In this document: positions 29,028-32,000 of the stretch, piece by piece
Position numbering within the stretch: the stretch's first letter is position 1
How the letters are laid out: the number at the start of each line of letters is the position of its first letter
Notes under the pieces: model-generated
Told to the model about the DNA's origin: nothing
What the model saw: the letters and a program-made list of their open reading frames with translations, nothing else
Databases searched by the model: none
Assembly (NCBI RefSeq): GCF_000175255.2
Contig: NC_017262.1
Coordinates: 930,001 to 962,000 of the forward strand
Reading direction: 5' to 3'
Length of the DNA: 32,000 bases
DNA from: Zymomonas mobilis subsp. mobilis ATCC 10988
GTDB lineage: Bacteria > Pseudomonadota > Alphaproteobacteria > Sphingomonadales > Sphingomonadaceae
Position numbers and translations under genes: made by a program

Positions 29028-30752
29028 ATGGTGCAGCTTCCTTCTTCTACCCGACATGGGAATGAAACAGAAAATCAGCAATTTCTGGATCATCTTCGTG
29101 AAATCTCGGATCATGTGCTGACTTCTGAAGGTGAGATGCATCATTATTGCACTGGTTTCCGTTTTGGTAGTGGCAAGGTTTTAGCGGTTGTTCGTCCAAC
29201 TTCCTTGGTTGAAATGTGGCATGTCGTTGAAGCCTGTGTTGATGCCGGCAAGATCATCATTATGCAGGCGGCCAATACCGGATTGACCGGCGGATCAACG
29301 CCTGATGGCGATGACTACGATCGCGATATTGTTTTGATTAGTGGTATTGGCATTACCGGTGTGAAACCGATTAACAAAGGTGAGCAGGTTATCTGTTTGC
29401 CCGGCGCAACTTTATATGACCTTGAAACTATCCTTCGTCCCTTGGGACGAGAACCCCATTCGGTGATCGGTTCTTCCTGTATCGGGGCTTCGGTTTTTGG
29501 CGGTGTTTGTAATAATTCCGGCGGCGCGTTGATGCAAAGAGGCCCTGCCTTTACGCAGTTGACCCTTTATGCTCGTATCAATGAACAGGGCAAATTAGAG
29601 TTAGTCAATCATTTGGGGGTTCGTCTGGGTGATGACCCCGAAACAATTTTAAGTCGTGTTGAAAAAGGCGACTATACCGAAGATGATGTTATCAATGACG
29701 AAAGCAAGCATGCTTCCGACTGTGAATATCATAACCATATTCGCGATATTGAGGCAGAGACACCCGCGCGCTTTAATGCTGACCGGTCTCGTCTTTATGA
29801 ATCTTCTGGTAGTGCCGGAAAAGTGGCGGTTTTTGCGGTGCGACTTGATACTTTTCCGCAGCAAAAAAATGCCAAGGTTTTTTATATCGGCACCAATGAT
29901 CCCGATGAATTAACCGAGCTTCGGCGGCAGGTGTTGAAGTCTTTCAAATATTTGCCAATTTCAGGCGAATATATGCATCGCCATGCTTATGATATTGCGG
30001 CGAAATACGGAAAAGATACTTTCTTAGCGATTGAATATCTCGGCACCGATCGCTTACCGCAGCTTTTCGCCATGAAGGGCTGGTTTGATGGTTTAAACAA
30101 CCGTGTCAGTTTCTTGCCGCGTTATTTGAGCGATCGGGTGATGCAATTTGCATCCACTCTGTTCCCGCATCATCTGCCTAAGCGAATGGATGATTTCCGC
30201 GACCGCTATGAACATCATCTGATTTTGAAAGTGTCCGAAGAAGGAACTGAAGAAGCGCGTGTTTTTCTGAAAGACTTTTTCGAAAAAGCAAGCGGTGGTT
30301 ATTTTGAATGTAGCGATGAAGAAGGGAAAAAGGCTTTTCTGCATCGTTTCGCCGCCGCTGGTGCGGCTATCCGCTATCGTGACGTTCATCAGGATGAAGT
30401 CGAAGATATCGTTGCGTTGGATATTGCTTTGCCGCGTAATAACAAGGCGTGGGAAGAGCATCTCCCATCTGAAATTACTGATAAAATCAGCCATATTTTA
30501 TATTATGGCCATTTCTTTTGTCAGGTATTCCATCAGGATTATATCGTCAAAAAAGGTGGAAATTGCGCTGATATCGAACATGCTATGTGGAAAATTTTGG
30601 ACAGCCGTCATGCCGAATATCCAGCAGAACATAATGTCGGGCATCTCTATTACGCCAAAGACAGCCTGAAGACGCATTATCATGAATTAGACCCGACGAA
30701 TTCTTTTAATCCGGGAATTGGTCATACCAGCAAGGCCGCTTATTGGAGATAG
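29028..30752 (+). CDS. dld: Quinone-dependent (FAD) D-lactate dehydrogenase
   Basis: 574 aa; IIIMQAANTGLTGGSTPDGDDYDRDIVLIS, CLPGATLYDLETILRPLGREPHSVIGSSCIGASVFGGVCNNSGGALMQRGPAFTQL; C-terminal ELDPTNSFNPGIGHTSKAAYW. Confidence 0.94.
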   Translation: MVQLPSSTRHGNETENQQFLDHLREISDHVLTSEGEMHHYCTGFRFGSGKVLAVVRPTSLVEMWHVVEACVDAGKIIIMQAANTGLTGGSTPDGDDYDRDIVLISGIGITGVKPINKGEQVICLPGATLYDLETILRPLGREPHSVIGSSCIGASVFGGVCNNSGGALMQRGPAFTQLTLYARINEQGKLELVNHLGVRLGDDPETILSRVEKGDYTEDDVINDESKHASDCEYHNHIRDIEAETPARFNADRSRLYESSGSAGKVAVFAVRLDTFPQQKNAKVFYIGTNDPDELTELRRQVLKSFKYLPISGEYMHRHAYDIAAKYGKDTFLAIEYLGTDRLPQLFAMKGWFDGLNNRVSFLPRYLSDRVMQFASTLFPHHLPKRMDDFRDRYEHHLILKVSEEGTEEARVFLKDFFEKASGGYFECSDEEGKKAFLHRFAAAGAAIRYRDVHQDEVEDIVALDIALPRNNKAWEEHLPSEITDKISHILYYGHFFCQVFHQDYIVKKGGNCADIEHAMWKILDSRHAEYPAEHNVGHLYYAKDSLKTHYHELDPTNSFNPGIGHTSKAAYWR

Positions 30753-30810
30753 TTAAGCTGCTATAAATATTATATTTTACAAAATAATGCTTTCTGATTG
30801 ATTTCGGGGA

Positions 30811-30840
30811 AAAAGGTTATTCCGACCTTTCTTTTCTTTT
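30811..30840 (+). terminator. Probable intrinsic terminator of dld
   Basis: AAAGGT-TATTCCG-ACCTTT hairpin followed by CTTTTCTTTT. Confidence 0.6.
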
Positions 30841-30974
30841 GCAGTGTTCTGTCAGCCTGAAAATATCTATAATAGCTGTTTTCAGGTTGCCTTTTCCTAA
30901 CGCATGCAACCGAAAACGAGGCTTGGGGTTTAGCCTTGCAAGAATAAAAAGAAGGAAGCGAGAAAGAGAACGGT

Positions 30975-31652
30975 ATGCGCGTTTTAATCGTTGAGGATGA
31001 GCCGACGCTTTCCCGTCAGTTGCGAACAACTTTGGAAGGGGCTGGCTATGCTGTCGATCTGGCGACAGATGGCGAAGATGGCCATTTTCTAGGCTCGAGC
31101 GAAAATTATGATGCCGTCGTCCTTGATCTCGGTTTGCCCGAAGTCGACGGTCTCACCGTTCTTGATCGTTGGCGCAAAGAAGGCCGCGAAATGCCAGTTC
31201 TGGTTCTGACTGCGCGGGATAGCTGGTCTGATAAAGTTGCTGGTCTTGATGCCGGTGCTGATGATTATCTGACCAAGCCTTTCCAGACCGAAGAATTGAT
31301 TGCCCGTTTGCGGGCTTTGATCCGACGGGCTTCCGGTAATGCGTCTTCTGAATTGACGGCAGGTGATGTCCGGCTTGACACTCGTTCCGGCAAAGTGACT
31401 TTGGCGGGTGAGCCTGTCAAATTGACGGCGCAGGAATATAAGCTGCTTTCCTATCTGATGCATCATAAAGGCAAAGTTGTCAGTCGCACCGAAATGATCG
31501 AGCATATTTACGATCAGGATTTTGATCGTGATTCTAATACGATCGAAGTCTTTGTAACCCGTATTCGTAAGAAACTGGGGCAGGATGTTATTACGACTAT
31601 TCGCGGTTTGGGTTATGCTTTGAACGACCCAGAGGATCGGAATAACGGCTGA
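30975..31652 (+). CDS. OmpR/PhoB-family two-component response regulator with winged-helix output domain
   Basis: MRVLIVEDEPTLSRQLRTTLEGAGYAVDLATDG...DAVVLDLGLPEVDGLTVLDRWR...LTARDSWSDKVAGLDAGADDYLTKPF...TAQEYKLLSYLMHHKGKVVSRTEMIEHIYDQDFDRDSNTIEVFVTRIRKKLG. Confidence 0.96.
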   Translation: MRVLIVEDEPTLSRQLRTTLEGAGYAVDLATDGEDGHFLGSSENYDAVVLDLGLPEVDGLTVLDRWRKEGREMPVLVLTARDSWSDKVAGLDAGADDYLTKPFQTEELIARLRALIRRASGNASSELTAGDVRLDTRSGKVTLAGEPVKLTAQEYKLLSYLMHHKGKVVSRTEMIEHIYDQDFDRDSNTIEVFVTRIRKKLGQDVITTIRGLGYALNDPEDRNNG

Positions 31653-31654
31653 TT

Positions 31655-32000
31655 ATGGCTTCCGCTTCTTCCCCTAGCGGTGGCCGAAAGTGTTTTTTTA
31701 GTCGTTTCTTTCGCCGGAAAAAAATCGAAAAAAGCGGAAATCTGGTCGGAGAAAATAATAGTCAGGAGCCGGTAATACGTCCTACCGGTTCTTTGACCCG
31801 CCGGTTAATTGCTATTTCGGCTTTGTGGATATTTATCCTGCTATCGGGCGGCGGCGTAACCTTGGATCGGGTGCTGACCCAAGCCGTCACCGATAATTTT
31901 GACAGCCAGCTTGATTATGTTTTGGCGGCGATGATCGCTTCTTCTGAAATTGATCCCGAAGGGGCGGTTCGACTGAATCGGCCTTTGGGTGACCAGCGTT
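31655..32000 (+). CDS. Sensor histidine kinase, N-terminal part only (runs off the window end)
   Basis: Open frame from ATG 31655 to the window end: MASASSPSGGRKCFFSRFFRRKK...GSLTRRLIAISALWIFILLSGGGVTLDRVLTQAVTDNFDSQLDYVLAAMIASSEIDPEGAVRLNRPLGDQR; TM segment and sensor onset; starts 3 nt after the response-regulator stop. Confidence 0.8.
   Translation, partial: MASASSPSGGRKCFFSRFFRRKKIEKSGNLVGENNSQEPVIRPTGSLTRRLIAISALWIFILLSGGGVTLDRVLTQAVTDNFDSQLDYVLAAMIASSEIDPEGAVRLNRPLGDQR

Overview
The 32 kb window looks like a chromosomal segment from an alphaproteobacterium of the sphingomonad/Zymomonas type (organism inferred from protein familiarity, not searched). In order it carries: tRNA-Tyr; a SnoaL/NTF2-like gene and a Do-like (HtrA) periplasmic protease on the minus strand; an Mrp/ApbC-type P-loop ATPase; the F1-ATPase operon atpHAGDC with an unusually short epsilon subunit; a TorF-like porin and an HU protein on the minus strand; hslVU; rpmG (missed by the supplied ORF track because it is <60 aa); a divK-like response regulator; and a RidA-family gene. 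These are followed by a complete type I secretion/adhesin cassette (15466-28906): a 2880-aa repetitive BapA/LapA-like protein, then a TolC-family protein, an ABC exporter with a non-catalytic C39-like domain, and an HlyD-family adaptor. The window ends with a quinone-dependent D-lactate dehydrogenase and an OmpR-type response regulator followed by a truncated sensor kinase gene. The most interesting region is the adhesin. It has about 11 Ig-like units, of which about 4.7 are near-identical 312-bp direct repeats. It also has an internal series of FG-GAP/VCBS-like calcium-motif repeats, and a perfect hairpin at the adhesin/tolC junction. I see no CRISPR, transposon, or clearly novel defence system.
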